Of a stretch of DNA of 64,000 bases, positions 21,593 to 35,045 are shown one piece after another. The stretch comes from Coniocarpon cinnabarinum. Lineage: Eukaryota. The stretch lies in assembly GCA_051942205.1 (NCBI GenBank), contig JAVECO010000113.1:1-64000 (forward strand), read 5' to 3'. The first letter of the stretch is position 1; each line of letters opens with the position of its first letter. Under the pieces are notes generated by a model. The model was not told where the DNA came from. It made no database searches and worked only from the letters and a program-made list of their open reading frames with translations. Made by a program: the position numbers and the translations under genes.

Positions 21593-24203
21593 TGCTGGAT
21601 ACACCACACTGCGATGCCACCTGCCCCGCTCCGCAGATATGGCTTGGGGATGTGCCATTCGTGAGCTTTTGTACCTTAGCTTCGTCGACGTGGGAAGTTT
21701 CCTAACGGCATAGATTCGCCAGCATTTGGGCCGGGTAAGGCAATGTTGCATGTTTCAAGGCCTGTCTTAGCTGGCAAACTTCGAAGATTGGAGTGGATCT
21801 TCTAATGATGAATGGAAATTTGTCTTCCTCGCTACCTTTGGCTAACTTCCGTATCTTGACCACCAGCTTCAGCCTTATTGACTCCAGCTTCCGTCTGTAG
21901 ATGGACCGCGGTTCTTTAAACGCTTCTCACAATGCAGCACAGTCTCCTCGCGCCCTCAGCGGCTTCATCGCTCAAGTTCGAGATCTATAGTCCCTCTTAG
22001 ATAGGGCCCCAGGCCTGCGTGTATACGCGAATTATTCCAGCCGCAATGATAGCTCTACTTTCAAAGCGAATGAAAATCGAAAAGATTGACAACATGCATA
22101 TCACGTAAGCCCTAAAAGAAGATAACATGGTAGGCATGAGCGAGTCTGTGCAAAGAAGTACTCTATCGCCTGCGAGGGGATTTAGTCTACAAAACTTCAA
22201 AATAGAGCAACCTTCCAACGGTCTTGCTTGGACAGACTCTAACTTGAAGGCGCCTTCGCACCCGCAGCGCGCGACGATAACACCGACACTGCCTGTGCCA
22301 GACTATGCCCGTCCCGTATCCCGAGCTACCAAACACAAGACTTCCAATCTTTCTCAGCCCTTCCACGCGACAATGCACGTGGTCAGAATTGTTCGAACAG
22401 CCATCTTCGAACCTCGTAAGCTGTTCAAGAGAACAACGACAAGGCGATGTTGAGTCAGGGACTGCACTACATCTTTGGCACTCAGCATGCTCAAGTCCCG
22501 TGTTTCTTGTGATCATGGCTCAAACAGCAGTATCATTGTGATGTGGTGACACTGACTGAAAGCCTGCTGATCGAGGACGGTGGTCCTGCTTTGACTCGAG
22601 AGCACCCATGGGCCGAACCTCCGTCACGCCGAAGTTTCTTCCTCTCTCTGAGCTCACAGCTGGACAGAGATTCGAGTTGAGTCTAGACTGATCTATACGA
22701 CGCTCAGTGGCCTGAAAAAAGGACTTGCATCACGTGACTGACATTAGCATGCAATTGCATAGTTGCAGGTATCTAAGCTCCGGGTGCAGAAGCATCATAG
22801 ACAGATTCACGGCAGACAATGAAGGAGTCATGCACATCGAAGACTTCATTCTCCGATGCGTGCAAAGCGGCTGAACGGCAGTCCAAGTGTCCGCCGCGTA
22901 GCTGGACGAGAGATGGCGTAATCTCGAGTCTGGGAAACGACCCAAGTTGCCAATACTAGTACTAACGATCCTTTCGCATATCAGCCCGACAGCAGGCGAC
23001 AGCAGTGACATTGGTAGTCGCTGTCCTTTCGATGGTGTTCACTACACTAGTACATTCATCTTGCCTCATCTTCGCAGACGCGGGGAATGAGCTGACGTGT
23101 GGCGAGAGACACCAGTCACCCCAACTTATGCTTCAAGCAACATGGACCTTGTACAAGCCTAGGAACGTTCAATAAATACGTCACAGCCAGCAAACGACAC
23201 GTCGACTTGAAACTTAAGAGTAGTCCCTGCTCTGAACCCACACTGCCTTCCTGTAGAACATGTGTAACGCGAGCGAAGATGACGCGCTCCCAACATCTCT
23301 CGTAAAACCTGGCTATGATGCGGCGTGCAAAGGTCGTTCACTTTCATGAGTGTTGTTCGTTTCTGAATCTTACAGGGGCGGTCGGTGACACCGGGGTGGC
23401 CAGGCATATTCCTCTATAGCGAGAATGATGCGCGAATGCGATGTAGTCTTCTCTATGCGGTATCACGACACACCCAACACCCCACGACACCACGATTAGA
23501 CAAGAACATGACACAAGAGCGAGATGAGTCTATACCATTCCACAAGGCAAAACGATCAATCGACGTAACCATATAACGAATAGCGATTTATCCCACGCCT
23601 ATTTCTGCGTCTTTGCGTAGATCCCGACTCTGTCTTGGATCCATCCTCCTCCTTTTCTTGTCTGGTCCACGAAATATTCGTTCTCCATGGCGTCCTCCTA
23701 TCACGTAGGCTTCAACGATTAGCTTAATCTTTCAGACCGATTCGTGCACTACTTCATTCTCGCAATACGCCCTGACAACGAATCATAAGTCGCTTGTTCA
23801 ACACGCAAGAGTGCATGCATGTGGTGCTGATTTCAATTAGCATGCTCGGGCAGTGAGTAGACATAGTTACCAAGACGGAGAGCCTGTGTTTGAAATTGGT
23901 TGGGAAGGGGCTCGAGTGCTGACTAAGTCCAGTTGTTATCTGGGCCTGATATGGGCTTGTCACCTTGCGAACGACGGGCGTGCATGGAATGAGAGCGGGG
24001 TCTGTGTTGGTGCGTCGATGAAGAGACGGTGGCGTAGAGTCCGCTGCGTTGCTGAAATGGTTTGACCTTAACTGAGTAAGAATGTAGACGTGCACATGCG
24101 TAGACACGAAATGCAGTAGCGACAGTGTCGAAATTGATCGTAGGAGTGACTCGATATGAAAGAGCCACTTGTATTCTCCAGTCCTCTTACCTACAACGGT
24201 CGA

Positions 24204-24659
24204 TCAATCCTCACCATCAACCTTCAACCCCTCCTTCGACTCATTCAACCCCTCCGACTCCTTCAACCCCTCATCCAACCCCTCCTCCGACTCATCCAAA
24301 CCGTCCTTCGAGTCCTCAATCCCCGTCTCCATCCCCATCTCCGTCCCCGTCTTCGACTCAGACCCAGACCCAGACCCAGACCCAAACTCAGACGCACCCT
24401 TCTCCGACCCCCGCAAATACGACTCCATCGCCTCCTCATGACGCCCCTCAAACGGCATCTCATGCGGACTCCTGTTCAGATGGATCTTCTGCCCAAAGCG
24501 GCTGATGTGACCGTCGTGTTTCTCCGGGGGCACGTTGCGGCTTGTTAGCTTGTTCCGGAGCATGCTGGCGATGGTGTGTTTGGTCTCGGTCCCTGTGCCA
24601 GTCTCGGTGCCGGTTCCGGTGGAGGCGCTGGGTACGGCGGTGGGAGTGGTCGATGACAT
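24204..24659 (-). CDS. Small low-complexity hypothetical protein
   Basis: 151-aa ATG ORF with a plausible Kozak context and coding-frame microrepeats (GSGSGS, GLDESEE). No family recognised. Confidence 0.5.
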   Translation of the reverse strand: MSSTTPTAVPSASTGTGTETGTGTETKHTIASMLRNKLTSRNVPPEKHDGHISRFGQKIHLNRSPHEMPFEGRHEEAMESYLRGSEKGASEFGSGSGSGSESKTGTEMGMETGIEDSKDGLDESEEGLDEGLKESEGLNESKEGLKVDGED

Positions 24660-26554
24660 TGATGACTATATGAGGAGGTTGGGCTTGTGGAGTTGTGAGT
24701 AGAGTTAGAGAGGGGTTCGAATAAAATCTTTTGGTGAAAGAGATGGGAAGTTTGGTCGTCGTAGCTTGGAGGATGTTGGGAAAGAACAGGAGACCGTTTG
24801 AGGGTTCTTATATCTTGCTTAACGCAGGACAAGTCGCAGGACAGGTTGCAAGTACTACGAACTGAATACTGACCGAGTAACGTGTTCACTACCATATCGG
24901 CACGTGGCGTAGTACTGTGTAACACGGCGCCTCCAACGCCACATAGCAATCACTGCCAAATCTCTGGAAGCAAACGCAAATGCGGCGGGCGTGCGCCACA
25001 TGTTGGTCCATTAAGGAAAAGATGACAGCTTGATGATGGACATGCCTGTGCTGTCATTCCGTATGGGGGAAATAAAGTGTACCCTTCGTGAGGCGTGCCG
25101 CTCATTGTCCCATTTGTTTTGGGAGCGTCAGTGTCGACTGCAGCCAGTGTCCTCTGAAAGTGCAAAGGTTTCCAGCACTGAACAATAGATGAATATGCAA
25201 TCGTATGCCTCGTGGTGTCACCAAACATGATGCACACAGCGATACGTCGAGTAGATCTTGTCTCTATCTCTTGCGAGATCATGCGGGCTATTCTTTCGAA
25301 CGTTTGTTTTCAGTCCCGATGGCAAGGAGGAATGTTCGAGCAGTTCAGGTCGTCTTGGTTTTTTCGGGGTTGCGCTAAAAGCGCGAGGGCAGTTATGAGC
25401 GATGGACGTGACATGCGGCAAATTGATATAGCTCATCAACGTACGTGATCACTCCGAAAGCCACGAAGCGAGGCTAACTCATCTTGTCGCGGGCGCAAAT
25501 GCAAATGAAACGGTCGCCCACACTGCCAACAGTAGTTACCGTCACTCTGTCACCCCCACAGTCTCCCTTCGCTTCTCCCTTCGCTTTTCCGTGTCTTGGT
25601 GCAGGATCAATATCGACCGAGCTTAACGGTCAGATCAACGTCCAGTGGCAAAAACCAGTACGGTAAAGTTCACAGTGCGGTTCTTGAAAGGCGAGACATC
25701 CGCCGCTGAACTACGCATGCACATCCATGTAATATAGCGTACTCAGAGCAATAGCCTCCTTTCCTCGGGAAGCAGGGGAATGAGGGTGTGCGCTGCGGTC
25801 GACTCCTCTCGGAATCACTAGGGATCAGATCGCGACCAGGTCCCTCACGCTTCGAATACGGACCATTTGCGGTCCTCTTACCAGGATTACGTCTCGATAG
25901 CTGGTTGCTTCGAAGGTGGTCGGCATAGAGACTGATGAACGACTCGCTGATTGCACGAAAGCGCTGAAAGGTTGATCTAATCTCTCGATGGTGTCGCAAA
26001 CCAATTATCGTTGTCGCTGTCTCCAGATTCGATCAAACTCTGCTACCTCCGCTTGATGGCTGCATCAGTCTCGGCTACGTCCGTCTGTTGAACTCGGTAA
26101 ACACTGCATTGCTTGACCTGAGAAGCTGAGATGAGATGGATCCAGAAGGACCTGGGTGGTTAACAGTGGCTGAAGCTTGGTAGATTGTTGTCTTTGCGCT
26201 GCATTGATGCATGCAATTATGCCTAGGTAGATGCATATATGCCTGGGTGGGAGCGTATACGCGTTGATGACTGCATATATACGTTGTCGACCATATGCGT
26301 CAGGTGATTGCATATTGCAGATGTCAGAAGTAATCCATGGTCGTCGTCTACCATCCAACAAGACAGACACGTACCTCAAGTACAGAAAAGCGTTGGCGTC
26401 TCATATTTTGTTGCTTGCTCGAAAAGCCAAAGATCAAGTTCTGATCAAACAGCGAGTGCAGGAAAACGAGAATGGTGAATGATTTGACCAAATTACAAGT
26501 CTACATCAGCTCTATGGAAAGAAGCAAGTACAATGTACACAGCGCCGCGCTCGT

Positions 26555-28052
26555 CTAGGATTCGAAAGTGAATTGGGCACCAACCTGGAATATTCTATTA
26601 GCAGAAATCGTGAAATGTCTAAGAGACCGCGACGAACCTTGTGCGTAGCCTCATTGAGCTTCTGCGTGTCGAAGCTAGCACCCAGACCAAGGGTAAAACC
26701 TTCTCGGACCTTGGTGTTGTAAGACACAGAGGCCTGGCCTTTGTCGTTGACTTTACCCTATAATACAGAAACACATCAGCATGTGCCTCCATAAGTAGCT
26801 CATTATCCACGACCATGTTCGAGGCGTACCTTGACAAAAGCCAGTGGATCAATCTGGTACTTCCCAGCCAGCTCGAGTCCCACAGTCTGTCCTTTTTGCG
26901 CATCGTATGAAGCCTTGGCACCCGCTTGCACCTCATTGCTGACTTTCTGGAAGAAGCTCGCGCTGAACAGTTGGAAATTGTTGGATGCAGTGAGCGCGGT
27001 GCTATATTGAGGAGCAATGTATCCCACCGATGCGGAGTATTTGCTGATCGAGGCTTCAGGGACACTGTAGCTGACTTCACCACCGGCGACGAATCCTTGC
27101 TGGCCAGTGACAATGTCACCGGTCACAACAGGACCTTTCAGCAGATCAGCGAAGAGGCGACCGTAGAAGGTGGGCTGTTGGAAGGTCAAGTTGGCTTTCG
27201 AGGAGGTGTCCTGGGTGTCGGGTTTGAAGGTGCCGGTAAATTCGGTCTTGAGGTCTTTGGCGAGTGTGCCATCGAGCTCCAACTTGGCGTCGATGGCGTT
27301 TGAGGTGGACCAGGACGCGGTTCCGGTTATGCCTGCGGATCGATACTGGATCAGCATGTATGTCGGTATGCGCTCGGACGTGTACTCAAGAACGTGTCTT
27401 TGAGGGACAGATACAGCATCCTTTGACGAATGCGTGGATGTTGATGTCTGGACGCGGTCGCTCGTGTCTGCCGAAGCTGGGGAAGTCGTCTCTCGTGGTG
27501 CTTTGGGCTTCCGACGACTTCTCCGCCGAGCGCGTGGAGCATAACTAAGCTGGTAATATAAATAGTGCTTGCGGCGATCGGACAGTGGATGGTAAAAGGA
27601 AACACCCAGGGATTGAATACCATTGGCTTTGTCTGTCTTTTTGGCTTCAAGCTGATTTCTGAATCAGCGACGTGCCCAAACCCTCGTGGTGCGTGTTACG
27701 AACCGAGCCAGAGAGAGGTCCCTCATGCGCTGATTTGCCCTTGACAGTGAAGCTCACGCCATTCGGGGCCTTTGACTTGACCTCAAGGTTGGCTATCAAA
27801 GTAACATCAGCTGAAACGTTTTCGTCGCATCCTGAACCCAGGAAGCATACCAGCAGCAGTGTGGTAGAAATCTTTGTTCAAAAGCTGCGGAATATCATAA
27901 GCAATTGCGACCGCTCACGTCAAAGTCAGAATACGCACATCATTGGCGCTTTTAGCAATGTCTGAGTACGCAGGTACTGAGACATTTGAGACCTGTTTGA
28001 TCTCCGGGGCCTTGAATTCCGTCTTGGTGTCGTCGGACAAGAGAGAGGCCAT
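26555..28052 (-). CDS. POR1: Mitochondrial outer-membrane porin VDAC, 6 introns
   Basis: Spliced translation: ..SVPAYSDIAKSAND|LLNKDFYHTAA|ANLEVKSKAPNGVSFTVKG..|LEAKKTDKAN|GITGTASW..FVK|GKVNDKG..ATHK|VGAQFTFES. Confidence 0.96.
27452..27535 (-). promoter_or_regulatory. Putative structured RNA element inside VDAC intron 4
   Basis: Perfect 9-bp stem GAAGUCGUC/GACGACUUC (27521-27513 with 27490-27482), outer stem CGCUCG/CGAGCG and a gc(UUCG)gc tetraloop on the sense strand. Confidence 0.6.
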
Positions 28053-28653
28053 GATGGAATTGGAGATGTCCTAGAAAGATTGTATGACGGGACCGAGTGA
28101 GAGAATGAGACCTGTTGGGTTCCGTGCAAGCAAATCAAGTTGTCGCTATCTGTTTGTTTGCAGCTGGGGAAAGGAGAAATTACTGCGGCTCATTCTCGGC
28201 CGATCGGAGCTCACAACACGTGCGTCCGTGGGCGACCATTGCCATTGTATCTGTCAATCACGTCCTCTGCAAATTATTCACAGCTGATTATGCGTGCTGG
28301 AAAAGCATAACGAGGCTCTAGCATAGTCACTCCTCTATAGTTCCACTGCCGTTGACTGAAGTCTGGCGTCACACTGTGGTCTGAAAGAGCCCTGGCGTGG
28401 CTCAATGCAAGGGAGCAGACGTTCGTGTTTGCCCGGAAGCTGTGATTCTGCATCGCCAGCGTGAGGACTGTGATTAGTGCTGTACAGTGCATGGTCCATT
28501 CCTGCCAGCAAGCCTGTGACCATGGCATGAAGTTCTGCTCCTCGAGAACTGGTCTTCTTCACTTCGAGTTTCAGTGCGGTCTGTCCGGCGAGCTTCCCCC
28601 GGAGCATGTGGCAATGGTCCCTCCAGTCGATCTCTCTTTCCAGACTTCGCGTT

Positions 28654-29700
28654 TCAGACCCACCACCTCCCAAACAGAACATAACCCCCGCCGCAGCCCA
28701 CCAACAGCAGCGCTGCCACTGTTGCGAAACTTCTGACCTCCTTTTGCGCACCCACCTCTTCTGGCCCACCGAATATGGCATCACTGCCTCCCCCACTCCC
28801 TCTCGCAATGGCTTCTGCACGTGCTTGCCATAGCAGGTTCCTCCGCTTCTGCCTGCCCTGCCTCAGCTGCTCCTCTACGTTCGTGGTCGTCCTGTAGTGT
28901 CCTGCGCGGTCGAAATGAGGGACGTCGTTTGAATCTGTGCTGAACGGCCAACCGTTCTCGTCCTTTGAGCTGGCGAAGTCTGCGTCGGAGAAATGCGTAG
29001 TCCGAGCATACGCGCGCTGCTTATTGCCCGTGTCTTCTGCGTCTTGCTTTCTTCGCCTCGCGCCGCTGCTCGTGCCCCAACCGCCGCTACGGTAGAAGCT
29101 GGGAGGCGGTCCTGTAAAAGTGCTGCGGCGTCTGCTTAGGCCGCTCGCCGGACGACCACCACGCGAATACTGTGCAGCGCCCCCACTGCCGCCTGTATAG
29201 GTATTTGTAGTAGTCGGATTGCGCTCGCGGTCGTACTTTGACTTGCGATCGGTGTCACCGAGGACGTGGTATGCGTCGCTGACGGCTTCGAATTTCGCCC
29301 GGTGCGATTGGGCCTCAGACTCGGGAAGGTTACGGGTAACGTCCGGATGATGCTGCTTTGAGAGGGAGTAGAACTGCGATTTGATCTCTTTGCTGGAGGC
29401 AGTGGGTGGGAGATCGAGTGTTGCATAATGATCGGGCGGTGGGCTCTGGCTGTAGGATGATGAGGTAGAAAAGGGACGCGTTGAGGTATTGAGACCTTTG
29501 TCTGGCTGCTTTGCTATACGTAATCGCGGGCGATGGTAGTATGATTGATATCGCTGAGCATCTGAAAGAAGCTTGAAGTCGTCCGGGATGCGCCGCCTCG
29601 GGCGATGGTAAAGATGTGATGGTGTCGGTGACACTAAAATTACATGTGAAGAGCGAGCGGCCATTTTGAGACCGGCATGCGGGTTTTCAATGGCATGCAA
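28654..29700 (-). CDS. J-domain (DnaJ) protein, probably mitochondrial, with a C-terminal TM segment
   Basis: DHYATLDLPPTASSKEIKSQFYSLSKQHHPD..FEAVSDAYHVLGD..YD, an Arg/Ser-rich presequence ending RPFSTSS, and a hydrophobic C-terminus. The start codon is uncertain. Confidence 0.88.
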   Translation of the reverse strand: MHAIENPHAGLKMAARSSHVILVSPTPSHLYHRPRRRIPDDFKLLSDAQRYQSYYHRPRLRIAKQPDKGLNTSTRPFSTSSSYSQSPPPDHYATLDLPPTASSKEIKSQFYSLSKQHHPDVTRNLPESEAQSHRAKFEAVSDAYHVLGDTDRKSKYDRERNPTTTNTYTGGSGGAAQYSRGGRPASGLSRRRSTFTGPPPSFYRSGGWGTSSGARRRKQDAEDTGNKQRAYARTTHFSDADFASSKDENGWPFSTDSNDVPHFDRAGHYRTTTNVEEQLRQGRQKRRNLLWQARAEAIARGSGGGSDAIFGGPEEVGAQKEVRSFATVAALLLVGCGGGYVLFGRWWV

Positions 29701-30182
29701 AGGGAGGAAGACTGTAGATCTCGAAAGTTGAAAGCGACGTCATCAAAGGTGCAACATTTCCTCTCTAGGCCATGATAGATCTATATAGGATGATCCCGGG
29801 ACTGGAATAAGTAGGGATGAACAGAGAGGTGTCAGACCATTGACTGAGCCTCTCAAAAGAAGCTTTATTGCTCGTAACTTGTTTACATGTACAGCAAGCC
29901 GCGTACTCCGGGGCTTTGTTGCAGCTATCTCTGTGTTAGATGCACAGTCTGCAATCGATTCTATATAACCTGGTAGCATCATTTCCAGCGATCTGATTTG
30001 TTTCGCACGGAGTCCTCTATCTTCCCAATAAATTATATCTTATCTACCATTGACAGCTCTGCGCTCAATTGCGCTGGCTGCCGTCAACTGGCCGGGCTAT
30101 GCGTATGGCGCCGCTTGACCAGCCATTACAGACTGTTGTTCGCTCTCTTCGTAAACCAGCGTTCATTATCTTTTCACCTTTC

Positions 30183-31061
30183 TTACCTGTCTCCCTGTGC
30201 AGAGTCTGAGGCATTGTTAACGTCTCCCACATCATCTTGTACAGCATCACTCTCCAGGTCGTCGTCCGCGAGCTGATCGACCCCGTCTTTCAGCGTCGCT
30301 TTCTTCGTCTCTGAAACCTCCTCGCCCAAAGCCGCATAACTTGCCGCTCTGGCCTGCTCCTGCAACGTGACTTGCTCCTGTGCCCAGCTTCTAAATCGAT
30401 TGAACTCCTTATTCTCGAGCTGCATGCCCACGTCCAGCAAGGACATGCCAAACTCGGCATCCACGCTCATTGCCTCTTCTTGCGCTATCTTGACTTCCAT
30501 TTCATCAAAGGCGCGCCGCTGATACATTTCTTTGCGGGCTTTGTCGTAGGCGGCGGCGCGAGAAAGTGGCGTAGGATTTGCTGCAGATTCGGTCATCAAT
30601 GCATGTTGGCGCTGGACAACTCTGTGAAATGTAATTAGCAACGATAGTGGAGTCTTCTCTTCTCCAGATGTGAGCATTGCTTACGCTTCTCCATTCACAG
30701 GTCTTCCAACCTCATACTCCTTGCTCCAATCCCACCTTTGCCCATCTCGTCCATCATTCTCCATCAATATCGTTGGTCTTGCAAGCTCCCAAGGATGATC
30801 TTTGAAGAATTCCTTGCGTAATCTGTCCTCTTCGTAACCCATTCGTTGCGGCATGAACATCTTCGACGGCTTTTTGTATTTGCGGAGCTTGTGCGGCCGT
30901 TCGCGCAACTGGACGGCTGGCGGTCGCGCGAGCGCCTGCGAGGGAGGATAGTCGGCCATGACTGCGAACCAAGGGGGCGGACGGCCTGTTGTGCGTGTTG
31001 TTTGCATAAGTAGCTTGGCTGTGTCTCGCACATGGAGTTGTCTGAAATCGTGACGACCCAT
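30183..31061 (-). CDS. RSM25: Mitochondrial small-subunit ribosomal protein mS23/Rsm25
   Basis: YEEDRLRKEFFKDHPWELARP..ENDGRD..GEA|VVQRQ..AYDKARKEMY..IAQEEA..GMQLE. One intron with GTAAGC..GCTAAT..CAG. Confidence 0.9.
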
Positions 31062-31652
31062 GGCTGATTTGCAGAATTGCGGAGGGGAATGCGAGGTTGT
31101 GAAACGAGACCGCTCACTCTACCAGCATGCGTGAGCAGCGGACAACGATATTGGGGAAGCTTCCAATACTGGACGTTGAGTCGTTGAACTAGGATCATGC
31201 GTTATGATTCGACGAACATACAGAGCGTCCGAAGACAATGTCAATGTCAATTATGTAGCTGACTCGTGACACAGGTATTGCGAAATTTGGGCAGGGCAGC
31301 ATCGTCAACATGAATTGGTGATGCTCAGGGCCAGCAGGAGTTGACTTGGGATTGGAAGGGCTACACCCATCTGATTTTCTAGAAGTATTTTAGCATGGGA
31401 AGAAAGATGCTCGAACATGTTTCATCTAATCGTCTCGTTCGACACACACTTCAGTTAATTTAATGCAACAAAAACATTTCAGAATCGCCTCACTAATGAT
31501 CCAAAGCTGGAAAATCCAACTCCACATATGCTGATTCGGTCATGACATTGGATACCCTTCCCGAAACGCCATGCTTTTCCTTCAGACAAGACATAGATCA
31601 TTCAAAATTCGTACAAGCGTCCTGTCGGTTCTCCGATCGCACACGAACACCC

Positions 31653-34600
31653 TCACAACGCTGGAGGCTCACTCTGGGTCCTACCCAGTCCGCTCAAGAG
31701 ACTCGGGACTTGTTTGCGAGTCAGCTTCTTCGTAGGAAGCCGTGGCATACCTTGCACCACTCTCGGCTCTCTGAGCAATTCGCGTTCCAGTTTCGCCGGC
31801 ATACCACCCTTAGCAAGACTGCCCTTCATCCCGTCTCGCGAAACGGGACTGGCAGCTTGCGCGGACCGCCACAGATGCTCTGAACGGTCTTCGAGGAAAC
31901 CGACTTTGGCCTTGCCAAACACACTGCTGGCTCTGCCCCTGTTCTTCTTGCTCAAAATGATCTCATCAAAGAGCCTGATATTTGGATCGTCAGGCCGGGT
32001 GGTCTCACGCTCACCGATGAATTCTGCTAAGCCTTGCGTATCAGTGAGCATCACCATGTAGCCAGCTTGGTCGTGAGGAAGCGAGCGCAAGAAGGATTCG
32101 CGATTGAATGTGTATAGCTTCCCTGACTTCGAAGCTTCACCTCGCGGCGTCGGCTGTAAGTGTTTGCGATAGGTGTAGAGGAGCGACGCCATGCAGCGGA
32201 GAAATGCGGTCAAGACTTGAGGCTGACTGAATGCAGCCGGGCAAACAAGGTTGACGCCTTGCAAACAGCGTCCATGTGCTTGAACAGGGCAACCACTGCA
32301 CTTGTAAATGCCTTCGTCGCCCTTCTCGTCGCATATCGAACATGTCCCAGTGCTTCTACGTGGATCCCATTTCATGCAGTGACCTTCCATCCATTGGGTG
32401 GTTTCAGTATTAGTTCGAGGAGTCATGACAAAGTTCGTGGGCATGATGGTAGAAGCAGCCAAAGTAGATTGCGCGTAGACGGAGGGAGCATAATTCGATG
32501 TGGAGCTGTATTCAGTGTTCAGCGTCGAGACTGAGGTCGCTGAACCATGATAAGTGCCGTTAGCCTGCATTGGAGCGCTGGGTCGTCGAGTCCTGGTCCC
32601 CATCCTGTCGAGACCAATTGAAGAATTTCTCCTCACATTGTCTAACAGCCCCGATCGCTTCTCGCGCAAACTCGCTTGCAAAGAAGCGGCAGAGTCATTA
32701 CGAGAGTTCGCAAGTGATGACGGAGGAAACACCGATGACGACGGAGAGACCCCAGCGTCTGACATGCCGTTTGCTGCGCTCGTTGACGGGCGATCGAGAC
32801 CATTGCTGTTGTTTCTACGAGCGGAGAGAAACGCATTAAAGAGAGGTGGTCTGTTACCGGACTTATCTGTTGAGCTGCCAAATTGACCAGAAGACAAATT
32901 GGCAAAATGTGCTAGGTTTGGCATGCTGGGTGTTGGATCGAACGTCTGGGGATATTCTGACGAGAAGCTGGTGTCTGGATATGCTTCCTTTGCATACTCA
33001 GGCGGTCCCATATCAACACCATACCTCAAATGGTGAGGCGCGGCCAACCTGAGGATGGATATGAGTTTCCGTCGCTGCTGACGTGGCAAAGGCGGTGGCG
33101 GTTCCGATGCTTCGATGGTGCCGCTATCAAGATGCATCCAAACAGCATCATCGGGCAACTCCATCTCATCACTCGTCCCATTGACGCCTATGATGTAAGG
33201 ACAGGGCGCTTCGAGTGCTTGTAGGAGTCTTTCCGGAAGCACGGGGATAAAGACACCTGCCCACTTCAAAGGGTAAAGCAGTTGCACAAGCGCTTGACAT
33301 GCTAGGTGAAGCATCGCAATATGTGACGACAGAAAGATTATCCGTGCCTCAGCCAAGGCGAACTCGAACAAAGTCACAATCACGTCAATGTCCACGGCGC
33401 GGAAAAGCGCGTACAGGTCTGTGTTGCGCGTGCCTGGAATCTCGTTGATCGCGTCCTTTCTCGCATACATTCGCAATTCGCGTATGGACATTTCGACCTG
33501 AGTCCGGGAGGTGATCGGACTCAGCGCTTCTGCACACAAGTTGACGACATATCTTTCTAGGGGCTGCCAAGTGCCCAACATTGGAGAGCTAGGTGGAACG
33601 CGAAAGACGCCACCCTGCAGCATCGGGATCGAGACTGCTCGTAGCCAATCTTTCCAGAATCCAGTCATGGTTGCGTCACGTCCGAGAATACCGTAAGCAC
33701 GAGGCACCCAAAAGCCAGTTTCACCGTCAGTCAAACCTTCTATCTTTGACGCGGCGGCATGCCGAATGGGTCGCAGGGTATGCAACATGAGCTGTATCCT
33801 CTCTTCCAGTTCATTGATTTCGTCTTCTTTCGTCTGGCGGTCGTCTGCGCGCGGCAGCTCCGCCAAGAGCTCTGAAAGCTTCTTGCGCGCTTCGACCAGC
33901 CGATCGCTCAAGCTGTTCGCAAACTCTCGCTCACTAGCCGACATGTTTTGTCTTCGCCATGTATCCAACTGCCGCTCGAGTTCCGCAGCAGCATCGGTAT
34001 CCAAAGCTTTCCACAGGATCATTGTGATGCCATAAAGCCGGGAGCCATCTGAAGTGGTCATTGCGAAACCATGCCACGTGGACTTGGGACGCTCGTCTGC
34101 TGCAACAATTTTGACATCCTTTGGAAAGACAAACATGGGCACATAATCAGGGAAAGGGGGGCGCTTCTTGATCTCCACATTCATTTCTTTCGAAGGATAC
34201 TGGTCCAAGAGGACGGGCTCGTAGGCTCTCTTCAACGGATTTTCGTTTGGATCGATTGAGAATCGTTGAGGCGCTGGAATGACTGAGTTGTAGCCACTCA
34301 TTCTTTTTGACATCCGATGAGACACTGTAGAAGCTTGTCAGTCCATATGCAGTGTCTTTCATATGTATGCTTGCGTTTTGATAAACGTAGAACGCTGCCA
34401 ATGCGCACACTTACCCCTTCTCGTCGTGTTTTGGCGAGTCAAAGAATTCATAGTCGAGAGCCGACGCCTAACACTCCCGATGCCACTCTTTTGGGATGCT
34501 TGCATTTCATCGAGTCTGAGGCGTTGCGTCCTCGGCCTTGGCTTTGATGCTTTGGGTGGCTGTGAAGTTCTTTCCGTTGCAGTGACCTGTATCTCCGCGA

Positions 34601-35045
34601 GGATGGAGTCTCGATCAGCCGCGAACCTTTTAAGAGCTGCGTTAAAATCGTCATCGGACATGCCGGACATGGCGCTGATTCTTGTTCCATTCTCTTGAGG
34701 CGCTGGGGCTTTGATTGTTACACTGCTGCGGTTACTCGCGGGCGATTTAGGCTCTAGACCTGATATACTGCTGATTGACTTGCGTTTGTCCCAGCTGAAT
34801 CTTTTGCTGTTTCTTTTGCTCGGTTCGGGTGAATTCTGTACAGAACTCAGAACCGGAGTCTTGACGGCGTCATCTTCCTCTGTAATGGTGCTCTCCTCGA
34901 TAGTCGGTCCAAAGCCAGACGATGGTGCAGCAAGGCCATTGATGGCTTTGCTATGATCAAAGACTCGCGATGACTCGACACCAGCAATGAAGAAGTAGTC
35001 AGCGAGTGGGGCTCCTGGAGACTCGGTAAAGGCTGCTCCACCCAT
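31653..35045 (-). CDS. DENN (AEX-3) domain protein with a C1-like Zn finger, putative Rab GEF, 1 coding intron
   Basis: PLADYFFIAGVE, VPMFVFP, WHGFAMT..YGI, LLYPLKWAGVFIPVLP..LEAPCPYIIG, and a Cys/His C1 pattern (HC..CSIC..CSGC..H..C..C). Confidence 0.92.

Noticed and set aside
23687..24065. Possible small spliced plus-strand gene (GTAGGC and GTGAGT donors, CTGAC branches)
   Set aside because: No splice combination tried gave a convincing ORF from an ATG.
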